Assembly: GCA_017499595.2 (NCBI GenBank)
Contig: CM039004.1
Span: forward strand, 3,410,001-3,474,000
DNA from: Psilocybe cubensis
Lineage: Eukaryota
Direction: 5' to 3'
Length of the DNA stretch: 64,000 nt
Shown: piece by piece, positions 1 to 13,391 of the stretch
Layout: every line of letters starts with the position of its first letter
Position numbering within the stretch: the stretch's first letter is position 1
Position numbers and translations under genes: made by a program
The notes under the pieces: generated by a model
Told to the model about the DNA's origin: nothing
What the model saw: the letters and a program-made list of their open reading frames with translations, nothing else
Database searches by the model: none

Positions 1-1599
1 GTGAAAATCGGGGTTCTTGTGGAGAAACCCCAGGCAAGGACGTCCCATTGGGACGCGCAGTACCGTTCTAATTAAAGTAAAAATTGAGCTAATATCAACC
101 TTGGCTCAATTTAACTCGGGTACCATGAACACGGCGCAATTGACAATGATAATTACAGCTCAAAGCTGGCTTTAGATAGGAGACGGAGGACATGGAAAGT
201 GAATTTGGCACTAGCGGCATAAGCCAAGTTGTCACAACAATTTAAAGTTGGAATACATTGAAAAGATACAAAATTTCGCTGAAGGGGTTTGTTTGAACTT
301 TACTAAAATCAACCTCATAAGAATGATGCGATTTAGGAATCAGAGTTTGGGACCGTCACAGTGATTTGATTAATGTTGCACACTAGTCATTTAAATAAGT
401 GTGTGACAGGGTGTTTCCGCGTTGAGATTTCTAGTTTTGTACTACGGATCTATATAGTATATTACAAGTCATTTGCTTGATGTGCGCAATGGTAAATGTC
501 TTTCTCTCCATGAGAAAGCTCCGTGGTGTTTCAATATTTCTTTACAACGGTCAAATTCACAATTATCGATGTCTACCAGTATAGGATTAAATTTTAACGG
601 CAATGTTGTCTACGTTTAGACGAGAAAATCTCTGACAGACTCCAACTTGCATAAGGTTAATCAATCACTGGCTTGGGAACTCCGACACATGCGGCGCTTC
701 TGTTCCTAAGTCAACCCAGTTTGCTCCCTCATCATTGTCCGTAACAATGGAAGTCTGATTCCAAAGGGCAGCCTGAGTAGCAGTATAACCCAGAATGTTC
801 TATGATACGGCGTTGTCTTACAGTTACACTGGCCCTGTCGAGGTTGATGTGCTTTTAACCCTCAAAGCCGGTGTGATGACTATAAATGTATGTTGACACC
901 AAAATGGTAGCTGCAGTTTTTTTTGCGGTTGTAAATTTTAATGCGTACATGGGCGCCCAATTCAATGCTATGGCTATACATCATTGTATCCACTGTTTAA
1001 TACCGAGATGTTGAACAGCTATGACATTGATTCTGAAATCTATGTCACTGATGATCATAGTTCGATTTAGTAGCAGGAATATTCCAATATAATGGCACAG
1101 ATAGGACTCAAATATCATGCAGGTAGTCATGTACAAAGATTTATTGATTGCAACAGATGTGCTATAACGTTTTACCCTTGAAGCTTGAATGGTTGTTGAC
1201 CTTTTCAACGATGAATTCTATACAACTTTGAGTAGTCACGTGACCTCGGTCATGTCGGTCAGCCAAATGTGGATTTCTGTCTTGCTTCTTGCCACCACTA
1301 TCATTGGCCCCTACACAATTTGTTCACTGGTTCGCTTGTTTTTGTTCTTCAAATGGACATTTCAAATATGGACAATGCACCCATTGACAACTTTCCCCGC
1401 CTTCCATGGGAGATAATCGAAAACATCATCGTTTCAGCTATCCAAGTGCTCGATCAACTATCCGTCTCAAACATAGTCCTTCTATGCGTGCAGCCCGCGC
1501 GACGGGTGAGCTGCTGGTGACACCCATGGTGTGTCAGCCTGGGCACCGTTCAACTCATCGGTTGTGTGGCCTCTTACCTACAATCCCTCCTCTCTCTCT

Positions 1600-2210
1600 G
1601 TGTGTGTGTGTGTGCAGCGTAGACGGGTGGTCTACAGTTGATGATCAAGGTGCGTCATGACCGTTCTACTCATAGAACTTCTTACTTTGTGTGTGCAGCG
1701 GTTGACGGGTGGCCTGCTGTTAACAAACATGGTGAGTCAGCGCCGTTTCATTCAACAGGCGCGCAGACTCTCACCTTCACGCCCTCTTTCGTGTCTGCAG
1801 CGCGCGACGGGAAGCCTACAGTCGACGAGAAACGAGCTGTGTCAGCACTCACCTACACCCCCTCCTCTTTGTGTGCGTACAGCGGGCGACATGCGGGTTG
1901 CATTTGACACAAGCATGGGCATCAGCGCCCTGCTAGTGCTACCCATTTGAGACTGTGCCATCACGTCTGTGTGAGTGTGTGTGTGCAGCGGCGACGGCTG
2001 GTCTGCAGTTGATAACCAAGGTGCTTCAACACTGTACTACTCATTCAGAGTGTGTCTCTTAGCTTCATGCCCCTCTCCAGCGTGTGTGCAGAGAGAAATT
2101 GATGGCCTGCGGGAGACGAAGCATGCTCCGTCCATGCCTCGCTGTTCTTTGAGTATTGCTCTTACCTTGAGAGCCCGCAACAGGTGGCCTGCAGTCGACA
2201 AGATCATGAC
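1600..2210 (+). repeat. Degenerate tandem micro-exon/intron repeat array (~33-nt exons encoding xxDGWPAVDKHG-like peptides)
   Basis: Recurring TGCAG|...GACGGGTGGYCTRCWGTT...AAG/CATG|GTGMGT units near 1615, 1695, 1795 and 1985. Homologous copies lie near 32080-32290, 36830-37170 and 59140-59350. Confidence 0.55.
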
Positions 2211-3039
2211 TGTTCAGTCGGTTGGTTCGGAACCCTTTCTCAAGAACAACAGCAGTCTGCGATGAACACTAACCTGGGTCATCACGGCCGCCATTTGTAA
2301 GTTTCCTGCACATCTCACCTTCCGTCTCCCTCTCCACCATGTCTACAATGTCATTAGCGGCGCCCCGACTCAGCGACTCGGATGGGGCACGGACCAAGGA
2401 CCGATTGCATTGCGACCCCGACTTGACAAGAGGGGGTTGTTCTCCTCGTCGTTGTGTTGGAAACGCCCTGCCAAGGTGTGTAAGTACCATTTACGAGCGC
2501 CGTGGCACCCTTGCTCACCTTTCGTCTCTCTTCAGCGTGTCTGCATTGTCATTAACGGTGCGTCAAACGACTTGGATGGGGAGGGTGGTGCACAACCACT
2601 GGAGCGGGGGTCAGTTATTCAAACAGCATGCACTGCACCCAGTTACTCACCATTCTTTTCCCATCCTTCCAACATCCTCCAATCCCTCGCTTCGCCCTTG
2701 TGTTGTTATCAGCCAATCGCACCTTGGGCTCGAGACGGCGGCGTTGCGATGAGAGTTCAAACCGCGGGAAAGATCTAGAACAACAGTGTCATGTGAGTAA
2801 GACCCTTTCTCTTTTTTGCTCACTTACCTTCGTTTGTATACTAGCTGATGCCGGGGTGCCAGCTCTGGCAACAAACACGATCCCGACTTGATGAATTGCC
2901 TCATTGTATGCAATGCGCCTTGTTGGGAAGGCATTCCTTCTTTAAGATCGACGACACAGGCGGGGCCGCGGGAGCAGCGTAACGAACTGTGAGCACTTGT
3001 AAGTTACATATGCAGCTGGCATTGCACTCTTACTCACGT

Positions 3040-4200
3040 TTTGTCCTTTCTGGAGTGATGCACAGCGCGTTGGGCGTTGTAGACCCCGGTGCATCTGCTG
3101 TTGGTGTACCACCCCCACCACACAAAGGAAGAACACCACAGTGTATATGTCTCCTCGCGATGTGCGGCTTCCATCTGGACCCGTTGAGGTACTTGAGCTC
3201 GAGCACGCTCGTGGGACCATATTTGCAGTATTTTGAGTCGATGGCTGCTAGGGAGCTGTTAGAATTCCAGGTGCGTTTGTGTTCTTTGGTGATATGCCTG
3301 GATGAACCTGACGATGATGATGAATAGGTAAATAGAACACGGAGAGCGCGGTGTTGAAGGCGTATGTGAGTGCGCTGACTAGGGTTTTGGATCATGGTGT
3401 ACGTCCTTTACTCCTTTTCTCGCACACACACTCTGTGTGTGTGTGTTTGTGTGCTGCTATTAACGTGCTTTGTGGGTGCATAGACGAAAGTGGTCTACAT
3501 CGCGTCGTTGAATGATCAAGTTGTACCGATTTATTCGGGGTTATTTACTGCTGCAAACCATCCGCTTATTTTACATACATTGTTTATCAATGGGGATGCG
3601 TATCAGTACGATTTTTTTAATAACCACTTTCTCAAAAAAGCTTTTTTTAACACCTCTCTCTCTCTCTCTATCTCTCTCTCTCTTGTACGCACACACAGCT
3701 CATCAGACTTCCTCTGCGCACTCCTCATCCTCCTCCTGCATATCCGCAACGCGGGATTACCGGATTCGGGGCTGCTTGCGCATCTCTCAGAAGTGACGGT
3801 GGGGAGTCTGAGCGGGATTGGACATTCGACGGTGTATGAGGAGGAGGCGTGTTATAGGCTCGCGGTGGATTATGTCTTTTTGGCGATTTACCGCCCTACA
3901 CATACACACACCCACCACTAACAGTCGATCCGTTCAACGCGGCACAGGAGCAGAACGATTATGAGATCCCGTGGGCGCTGAGGGATGTGATTGCGGACGA
4001 GCGGATCGGGTGATTGTTTAGAGAGGAGTTTGAGAGGCTTAAGAGGGCGTTTGGGGAGTGGGCGCCGAGGACGGGCGTGTTGAGGGAGGTGAAGAGGAAG
4101 TTACAGCCTGTTACGAGGTTGGGGAGTGGGAGTGGTGGTGTTGCATTTAGTTATATGTATTATAGAGCTCATTCATTTCGGCGCTTAACTACATCCAACT
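3040..4200 (+). pseudogene. 3' fragment of a conserved fungal YML020W-like (alpha/beta-hydrolase-like) gene
   Basis: Spliced peptides LAMCGFHLDPLRYLSSSTLVGPYLQYFESMAARELLEFQ, VVYIASLNDQVVPIYSGLF..HPLIL, GLLAHLSE..GSL.GIGHSTVYEE and NDYEIPWALRDVIADERI resemble this family as I recall it. There is an in-frame TGA at ~4011 and no 5' half. Confidence 0.55.
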
Positions 4201-4869
4201 CCACGATATTGATTTCCACAACGGATTAGCAGCTGCAGTACAACTTTAACACTCACTCACAGAGTGAATCAAGCAAACAACATCCCTCAGGGGCTCCTGA
4301 ACATTAGCATATTAGAGTAAGAGTGTCGATTAGACGATGAGGGCATGTACAAGACACCCGCATCTCTTCTACACTACACCAACCCCACATCTACACCGAA
4401 ATCTCCTATCCACACCCACCCAAATGCACCATCCAAAACGCCCCACCCCTCCAATCCCCGAGAACAGTGCAGAACCACATTCCACGTACGTAGCATGCTG
4501 CAACGAGTGTCGTTGTTTCTCATTTCACAAATCTTCTAGGGATTTGAAGAAAAAAAAAAAATAAAGCTCGCTAGCGGAGCCGAGTAGTTAGGTGCTAAGA
4601 GCGGAATGTGCCGTGTGGAATGGAGGCGATTGGGATGGGCTCGAATCGCGAATCGGGAGGTGGGGAGGATGTGCATAGGTGCATAGGTGCAATTGTTGGT
4701 GAGCTTGTTGAAAAATTTGACCCGTGTGGGTCGATATGACTGTAAAGAGGGATTAGCATGCACTCATTGGGTAACCCTGTCCTGTACTATGTCTTTGTAT
4801 TTCATGGTTTTCAATCCTATTCCTTGTTTCTTTGTCAGGCGCTTAACGTTGTCACCACAAAACACATAT

Positions 4870-5045
4870 TAGCGTTGGTTAGGGTTTATGGTTTAGGGTT
4901 GGTGGTGACCACAAAAATACAGATTAGGATGGTTTAGGGTTTAGGTTTTAGGGCTGGTTGGGATTTGATAATACCATAAAAGCACAGATTAGGCTGGTTA
5001 GGGTTGGTAAATACAATTATATATGTAGCAGATTAGGGTTGGTGT
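4870..5045 (+). repeat. Degenerate interstitial telomere-like tract
   Basis: TTAGGG/TTTAGGG/GGTTGG variants interleaved with CACCACAAAA and ACAGATTAGG motifs; homologous to 34765-34975. Confidence 0.75.
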
Positions 5046-7384
5046 GTATGTACCAATGTATCCACAATTTTTGACATGTCCGACTTTCCTCAACACCTCA
5101 GAACTTCATTTTCACATTTGATCAAGTACTATAAATACTATTCTGTCTATTCAGTGCTTCAAACTTACCACAGAATGTTGCAGACAATGAAAATGTGGGA
5201 TATACGCAATTTGAAGACCCGGCACGAATATTTCAAAGGTATCGCCATTTCCTCATCACAACGCACTGCCCCCTCTTCAACTACGCATTCCATTATCTAT
5301 ACCAGCATGCTAGAGCCCCTCAAACAACGGAAATGCAGCACACGTCCACGCTACACCTGCCACATCGGGAGTGAGTGTCCCCCTCTTTTTTTTTTTTTCT
5401 TTTTCGGGTTGGTTTTGCGAGTTTGGGGTTGATTCTGAGTAGCCAATGCAACCTTGTAATGAGGCGGCTGTGGTCGTTAAACCAGAACGGCTTCACATCT
5501 TTGTTACTGTGGGGAGGTTCACAGTGAGCGAGGCGCGTGCTGCATTCTAGTGTGGAGAATGCTGCGTGTCAAGGTCAGTTCTGCCTGACTCAGAGTAAAC
5601 AGTGACTTACTTACATAATTATTGTTGTTCGGCGCCGGCGTCACTTTCCAGGCCAATTCGGCACTGTTATGGGGCGGTCAATCAAGGGCGGTCTCCGGCG
5701 AACAAAAAAAACATGGGCCGACTTACAGTGTGCAAAGGGTCCGCCGCTCGCAGAGGCTTGTCGCTGTCGAAAACAGCTACGTGTCAACGCATATCCACGT
5801 CGAACAGCATAATACTTACCTGCAAGCATCCTACTAAACCCACACTCGCGTCCCGCGGCGTCTCGATGGGTAGAGTAGCCTGCACAGAAGGCTGGAGTTG
5901 AAGAATGAGATGTGAATGTGAATTGAGGATGCTCACCGTGCACCGCCCTCGACGCCGGACACACTGGGATGATGGTTGTGAGGTTGCAGAGGGATGCGAA
6001 GACAGAGTGGACTCACAGTGCGTCGTCGACCTCTACCTCACAGATCCTTCACTCGTCGTCATACACGTTCTTGCGAGGGAGATGGTCAGGAGCGGCTCAG
6101 AATGCGAGGGGCGGACGATACTCACGGCGTTGCGGTGCGTTCACGTTGTTGCGAGGCGTAGGACAGCGGAGAAGGCGAGCTGAATGGCGTTGAGCGGAGG
6201 GCAGAGCAAGAGAATGCAAGAAGAGGATACATACCGTGTCGTCGGCCACGTCGCGGCGCACTCGCGTCGTCGAGAGCGTAGGGTAACCAGGGCGTACCAA
6301 TGGGCATTGAGCAGAGGGCGGTGGAAGGCGTTGAGCGGAGAGTAGTAGACGAGGAGAGGAGAGGAGAGGGGATGAAGAAAAAACCCACTAGTTCGTGTCC
6401 TTTTTATACTCCAGCCACCCCTGTACGTCCACGTCCATACAAAATGTATAATTTCACTGTGTGTGTGTGCAGCTGGGCACAGACTGTATTGCTGTCTTCT
6501 TCGTGATCTCTGTGGCTGGCTTCGAGTTTCTGTGTGTCTGGCTAGCTGAAATAGGAGTCCCCTCGTGCATCCGAGCATCTGGATGAGAGTCTATGCACTG
6601 TATGCTATACGTAAACACCTTAACGACTGCTCACCCACTCGAGTTCCGTCGAGGAGAGGGTAATTATTTTATATCTGCATCTCAGTGTAGATGATACTTA
6701 CTGTGTACCAGATGACGTTTCGTTGATATCTGTGTTTGTAGTAATGTATTAATTTGATTCACATGGATACTTGTACTAATGCAACATATCGCAAACCCTT
6801 ATGTGCAGCAATTAATAATCAATACCTTATGCCATGATATGTGTGTATACGGCGATGGAAGATTCCTATATACAGTCTCCACCCTTTTGTGGGAACTCAT
6901 TGACGAATTGGAGTGTTTCATGGCTTTTTGAAAACCAGCCGAAATCCAATTGTTTTTGTAAACTCTTACAACTAAATCAATTGGGTTTGCAAATGGTGAG
7001 GTCTCCTAAGAAAAGAATTATGGCAGTTGAATAGAAAAAAATTTCTACCTCGTAAGCTACGGAAACAAAGTGTGGACTAGGCGATTTGTTGAAGCTAGGG
7101 AAAGTGGTCTGAGGTGATAATAAAAGTGACCCTGGTGAAAATGAGTATAAAGAGGGATTCGGATTTGGCATTCTAATTTCTATCTCGTTGTGCTTCACCC
7201 TTAGCCGTTGTTTGGTCATGCCAAACACGGCCTCTCGGCTTGCGTCACACCTTGACTTGTAACCATCACCATCAGTACGTTTTATTTCTTTTCATTGGTT
7301 TTCACACCTGTAATTACCCTGCTTATATATAAAACCCTTGCACTGCAATAAAATGCTCCATACATGGCAGCAGGCACTTGCTGC

Positions 7385-7900
7385 ATGGATAATCTATTAT
7401 CCATTTACTTAGTCTGCCTATCAATTATCCATTCCGTTATCCAAGAGCCTTGTTATCCATTATCCATTCCCGTGTGCGCCATTAACAATTGTTTCTATCC
7501 ATTGTCCGCCGTATCATCCAAAGGGTACATTATCCATAGCCCCGCTTCATGATCCAACAGCCGTTATCCATTTCTGTGCGCGCCATTAATAATCTATTCC
7601 ATCCATTGTCCGCTGTATTATCCAAAGGGTACATTATCCATAGCCCCGCTTCATAATCCAACAGCCGTTATCCATGTCTGTGCACCCCATTAATAATCGA
7701 TTCCATCCATAGTCCGCCCTCTTATCCAAAGGGTATATTATCCATATACCCCTGAATTATCCAACTGCCCACTATCAATTTCCATGCAAACCATTCATGA
7801 CCCGCTCTATCCATCATCTGTATTCTTATCCATGGGTCATTTCCCCCTTTCATACCACGATATTCATTGCCCTGCGATTATCCAAGAGCCGTTTATCCAC
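7385..7900. repeat. Left subterminal repeat array of the KDZ element
   Basis: Many (A/G)TTATCCA motifs and about three ~100-bp higher-order repeats containing CCAAAGGGTACATTATCCATAGCCCCGC. Confidence 0.85.
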
Positions 7901-8123
7901 TCCCCTGCGCCTTATTCAACACTATCTTCCAAGAAAACAATTACAATTCCAAGAAAACATACACTATAAATATACAGAATCACTAAAAGGATGTCAAGAT
8001 GTACAAGGTACGTTCTGTCTGCATCAGCTGGATGCGAGCGCAATAAAAAGCTCAAGAGAATTGAAAAAAACAGTCTGAATGTCCAAGATCACGTGTCAAA
8101 AACAAATGCCAGCGCATCACGCC

Positions 8124-10975
8124 TCAAGCCTTCGCTTTCTTTGTTCTTTTTTCCTTCCCAGTTTCCTCCGCCGCCTTCCTCTTGTTGTTCAGTTTCGCCT
8201 TTTGGAAGGTGTTGAAGGTGTTGAGTAGGTCACTTACTGCTAATTCCCAGAGACCATCCGAGGCTTGAGCCGAGTACCACCACTTTAACCCAACCATCAC
8301 TGTCAACAGCCCATTGGGTCCACCTTTCCGTAACGAAGCCATTGAATCTTTTGCCTTCGCAGTCTCGAACGACAACGGAAGGGAATTCGGGGTTTTGGTT
8401 TGACGCCACGCCGGCTGTATGGAGTTCCACCAGGTCATCCATGACTTCTGAAATTCGTCTTGACGGATAGCTGGGATAGCGGTGTATTTGCGGGATGAGG
8501 AAAGCCATTTCCCGAGGGCTGTTGGTCTGCCTTTCGCGGGGAGCCTCAACTGCAACGGTAATCAGTATCTTTATCTGCTTTTGTGCATGATCCGGGACTC
8601 ACAGAACTCGTATCCATCTCAGCAATTTCCATTCTCTCGAAACTCTCCCATGCGCGCACACATTCCTGCCATTTTTCTACCTCGATATCTTTGAATAGAT
8701 ATTCACTCGCTGCCAACAGCCATGCTGTGGTCTGTGGAGCATCCTTCGAAGCTGCTGCCTTTCTGTTACGACTACGCGTTGCACTGGCGTCCAAGTTCTC
8801 GCTTTTGTCTGGAGCCGCAGTCAAAGGTGCATGCATGCCACTCTCGGGAATAATTGGATCGTTTACTGCATGGTTGGATAGAACTCCAGCTGAGTTTGTG
8901 GCGCTGAGCACTGGCGCTGACGTCTGGGCAGGGACTATGGTGTGAGGTGCTGAGATGGAATGGTTTGGGTCCAATAGCATCGGTGCGTTTGCCTGTCCTG
9001 CCATCATATCCTGACTTTGTAACATTTGGCCATGTAAACCAGGAAGCGTCACTGTGTTGTTTGTGTTGAGGGCAAGTGCGGTTCCCATCATGTTTGGATC
9101 CGCTGCGTACTGTTGCAGGGCCAGGTCAATTCTATCCCATTCCTCTTCTGAAAAGTTCAAGGTAAGTCCATCGCCCCTATTCGCATCACCCGCTTGTAGC
9201 CGCATCATATCCTGGCCTACAGCAGCTGTCAACTGGTCTATGTCTTGGCCACCAACTCCATCCGTCATAGAAATGGCAGCACCATAAGGCAAGAACGCAG
9301 CAACTGGATTTGGGGCCACCTTGGCCTGTTGAGGTAGAGGATTGGCAGGCGGAAGGAAGTTTTGTGCCTCAATGGTAGCGTGGGTAGCACCATTTGTAGC
9401 TGGGTAACAAGGTGGGCTTGGACTTGCCACACTTTGAGTCGGTTGCACCTGAGCTGGTTGGACTGTGCTTTGTGTCATGACAGGAGCCTGAGCAAAGCCG
9501 ATGGCCACCGCCGGCGCCGCTGTCATAGAGGCCATTGCAGTCTGTTGTGCGGCCTCAGGGGGAGTATGAGCTGCAGTTATGGTGTTTGGAATAGGGCCAG
9601 AAAGCTGAGCGGCACTTCCCATGTGAGCATTGGTTGATGAGATGGGTACTGATGCAGCTGTATAAGTTGGATGGAAGGGCACCTGATTGATAGCAATTGG
9701 AAGGCCAGAAAGCTGAGCGACACTGCCCATGTGAGCATGGGTTGATGAGGTGGGGACCAACGCAGCTGGGTCGGGCACCTGATTGACAGCGATTGGAAGT
9801 GCATTGCTCTGAATCTCTGGTTGTGTAGTCACAGGGGGAGTTGTTTCCGACAAGACATTTTCTTGCCCTGCGTCGCCGGTTTCAACTTTGCTGGTACTGG
9901 CAACTTGGTTCTCTTCTGGCTTTGCCTTTGAGCTATTGAGAGTTTGTCGGTCGCGATCCTCTTGCGCTAAAGAAAATGGTTGATTAGGTCACTATGTGTT
10001 AGAAATACAGATAAATTGCTCACAGAAAACATTGTATAAAAAAAGTCTGAACGGCGATAGCACATGTTGGTAAAAATGTTCATTCGCAATAGAAAACAGT
10101 TGTTCATATTTGTCTCGACCGTTGTGGACAGCGACAGTACGAATTTTGCCTTGATCAGCAGGCTCAGGTCCTCCAGCAATTACTGTGAAAACCCATCCGG
10201 TACGACTGCTCATTTCATCTATAAACGCTTGGATAGTTTCCGGCAATGTCAAGAGATTACTAACTTTGTATCAGTAAGACTTTAGCACAAAGAATAGATC
10301 ACTTACATTGCGCATTCTTCTGGAGACATGACTTCCGGCATGTCAGGAATTTGTCCCTTCAGCTCCTTGAGCTTTGCCAACTCGGCACGAATTTCCGCCT
10401 TTACCTCATCAGACTCGTCATTCCAGGCCTCCCCGGTGCACTTGTTGATGATTGCAATTCGGTGACCTTCAGGATTGGTGCGGAGAGCCTCTATTACTCG
10501 TGGCCTAATGCGTTCATCATAATATTTCTTGGAATACAAATTTGTTTCCGAGAGAAGTCGGGGAGCGTTGTTGCCACCAATAACAATGGTCGGACCTCGC
10601 CGATGTTGGGTGCCGGCCCCACGATTATTAAACCAATTAACAATTTGCTGTTACAAATATGACCTCGTCAAAGAAACTCATACACTAAGTATGAATTGTG
10701 CTTACGTTTTTCCGCAACTTAACCCATTCTGCATGAGAAAGTTCGGTTTTCGTTTGAGGCAAAACAACAGGTGCATTTTTCTTTTTCTTCTTCTTTTTTG
10801 GAACAGTCATTGGTCTAACTTCAGCCTCAGGCGTAGGCCACAAGACAAAAAATTCTTGGTATATTTTTGTCCAAAAATTGGGGGTGGTTTTTGTACGCTG
10901 GGACGCCTGGAACTCAGGAACCTTGGCGGATAGAAACTCAATTTGTTCGGGAGTCCCCCACGGTAGCGGCGGCAT
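8124..10975 (-). CDS. Multi-exon KDZ cargo protein with HMG-box-like segment and low-complexity linker
   Basis: ORFs 10975-10685, 10539-10303, 10252-9992, 9853-8546 and 8555-8124 can be joined by GT-AG introns (e.g. 8550-8602). YSKKYYDERIRP...EAWNDESDEVKAEI is HMG-like. The C-terminus has WWNSIQPAWR...LRKGGPNGLLTVMVGLKWW, a motif I recall beside agaric KDZ genes. Confidence 0.75.
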
Positions 10976-11277
10976 TTTGATCTAAGTATAGCAGTTGTTC
11001 TAAGAATAAATGAATGTCAAATTGTTTGTTTTTTAAGCGCACGCAAACTCACCTCAAATAACAGAGTTAGACTTAAGGTCCAGAAAATGCAGTAAGACCT
11101 TCTAGCTACTTCTTCGATTTGACGGCAATAGCTTGCTTACATTATTGAGAGATTCACCGCAATTTACCGTGTAACTGTACAGTTGCTGATGCTTCTTTGG
11201 ACTCTGCATATAAAGATGCTCCTATCTGCCGCAATCTTATCCTTAACTCCCTACTCGCAAAAAAAACCTCTCACAAA

Positions 11278-12347
11278 ATGGCTCAACAAAGTACACCTCC
11301 CCCAACTCTCCCTAATTCTACCGTCCCTCCCTCTACCGCCCCTGCAAGCCGTATAATGTCTACCCGTGTTGGCGACGTTATCAATCTCCTTCTTGCACTA
11401 AACAATGCTGGTACGTGCCCATTTTTGAGTTTCATGTTAATTTCAACTTGTTTACATTTAATCAGGATTAGAAGTTGTTCGTACACCCGATGGCGTTGAT
11501 CATGCTTCAGGGTTGGAAAACCTTGCCATGGGGGAGCTTATCTTGATTCTCCAAATCATGGGCATTCATGTCAAGGGTAATCGCGCTACTGCTGCACCCC
11601 CTCCTCCTTCTGATAGTAAGTCATCTTCGACTCCCTTTAACCTAATGTTTTATTTAATTGGACTGTAGGCCGTGATCCCTTGGTCCAAGAGATTGAACAG
11701 ATGGTTATTTCATCTGCTCGTCGTCAGGCTATTAATCTTTTCTTTAGGCTTACCAATGGGCCGTTGAGTAAGTGAACACTGTTCATACTATCATGCTCAG
11801 CACAATCTAATTAATTTTAGCCGTCCCACCTGTCATTCTTGAAGAGTTATCATCAACTGTGGCTCCCCCTCCTTCGTCTGTTGAACCACAGGCCACCGTC
11901 ACTGATCCTGCCCTACTTCCTCCAAAGTCCCAGTCTGCCTCCGACACTGTCATGCCCAAAGGCTTTGTGTGCATGTCCTGCAACACGTATAACCCTATTC
12001 GCCCATCTGAAAAGCCAGTCTACGTTGTGTTTTGTGGTACAGATGTGGGGGTCTTTGACCATTGGTATGTTCCACATTCTTTTGAGATTGCATTTTGCTC
12101 AATTTAACACATATTTAACAGGAAAGATGCTCAGAGCCTTGTTTCTGGCATATCTCATGCTTGCCATTGTCGTTATAATAGTCGCGAGGAGGGTGAGAGG
12201 GCGTTCCAAGCTGCTTTGACTGCCGGAAAGGTTCGCATACTTGGTAATCCTATTGCTGCGCCTGGAGCTATTGTCTCTTCCTTGTCCCCAAATGCCCCCA
12301 ATGGCACCTCTGGCTCCTCCAGCGAGGCCTCTAGTAGCTCGGATTAA
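11278..12347 (+). CDS. Multi-exon protein with C-terminal RNase H1 N-terminal / caulimoviral viroplasmin-like hybrid-binding domain
   Basis: ATG at 11278, canonical introns, TAA at 12345-12347. The spliced end reads CMSC..PVYVVFCGTDVGVFDHW|KDAQSLVSGISHACHCRYNSREEGERAF, matching the YvV..G...Gvy..W......vsG......f.s.eeA..af pattern. Confidence 0.7.
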
Positions 12348-12697
12348 TGAGTAGACTTACTCCACCCTCGGGGTTTTTCCTTTTCCGTTCAATATCGTGT
12401 AGACAGCACCATTTGTCACCGCGTATGAAAAGTTTCCCCGCACTTTTAGTAGCACCACTTGTATCTCTTGTACATCTCATTTTGATTTCTTGTCTGTGTT
12501 TCCGAATATATCTTGAACTTGTGCTGCTCTCCATATCCGTGTGAATGAAATCTTCAATAATCAAATAAAATATTATTGAATGTCTCTTTTGTAGAGTCAT
12601 TATATTATGCCATGTACCCCCATGCACCGTAGCTTCAATGTCGAACGATATACAATGATGTTTGTACTATATTAAAAGTCCAATAGAAGTAATAACC

Positions 12698-13391
12698 CTA
12701 TTGCGAAACCTTTTGAAATTCAAAGGATTTAGCATTGTAGTTGCGTTCAACGAATTCAAGGTCTTCCATTGCAGTCAATTCAATCTCTTGCAACCAAGAT
12801 TGTGTCTTCTCTAGCAGTTTTGCAAGAGCGACTGTCTTATTCCACTCTGGGCCAACTCCTGAACACATATATATATGGTTTTTATATCGGGAAATTGGCC
12901 CAAGAAAGTGCTCTATCTTGTCAACCGATTCCGATAATTCGTGCATGTCTTGATTGCTGATAAACTGGAGGCAGATTGCCTCAGTATGTGCAATAGGATC
13001 CGATTTGATAAAGGTGTTGAAGCGCCGGTAGACTCGAAGAACTTCGTCCAACCAAGTGGCCGCCGGTGGCTTTGACTTGGAGACAGGCTCTTGTTCAACA
13101 GCCTGTGCTTTACGTGCCGTTTCAATTCTAGAAATGAAGATTAATTCAATCTATAGAGATTATGCACATTCATAATCAGCAGGAATACCTTTTTTGTTGG
13201 ATGCGAGCATATTTTCTTCTGCGACGTCGGTTTATGCTATCCTTGCATCTAAAAAACATTATAAAACATGTTTGTAACCAGATTTATGGGAGGAAAACAA
13301 CTGAATGCTACTTCTCATAATATTTCTTGCTCTTCTGCCTATTTGCGGCAAGTTTCTCAGCTTCAGAAAAATACTTGCGCTGTCGTCCCAT
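12698..13391 (-). CDS. Small multi-exon KDZ cargo protein with basic N-terminus
   Basis: ATG at 13391 begins MGRQRKYFSEAEKLAANRQKSKKYYE. Later exons include a RRRRRKYARIQQK segment and the helical ORF ending at 12698. Confidence 0.65.
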
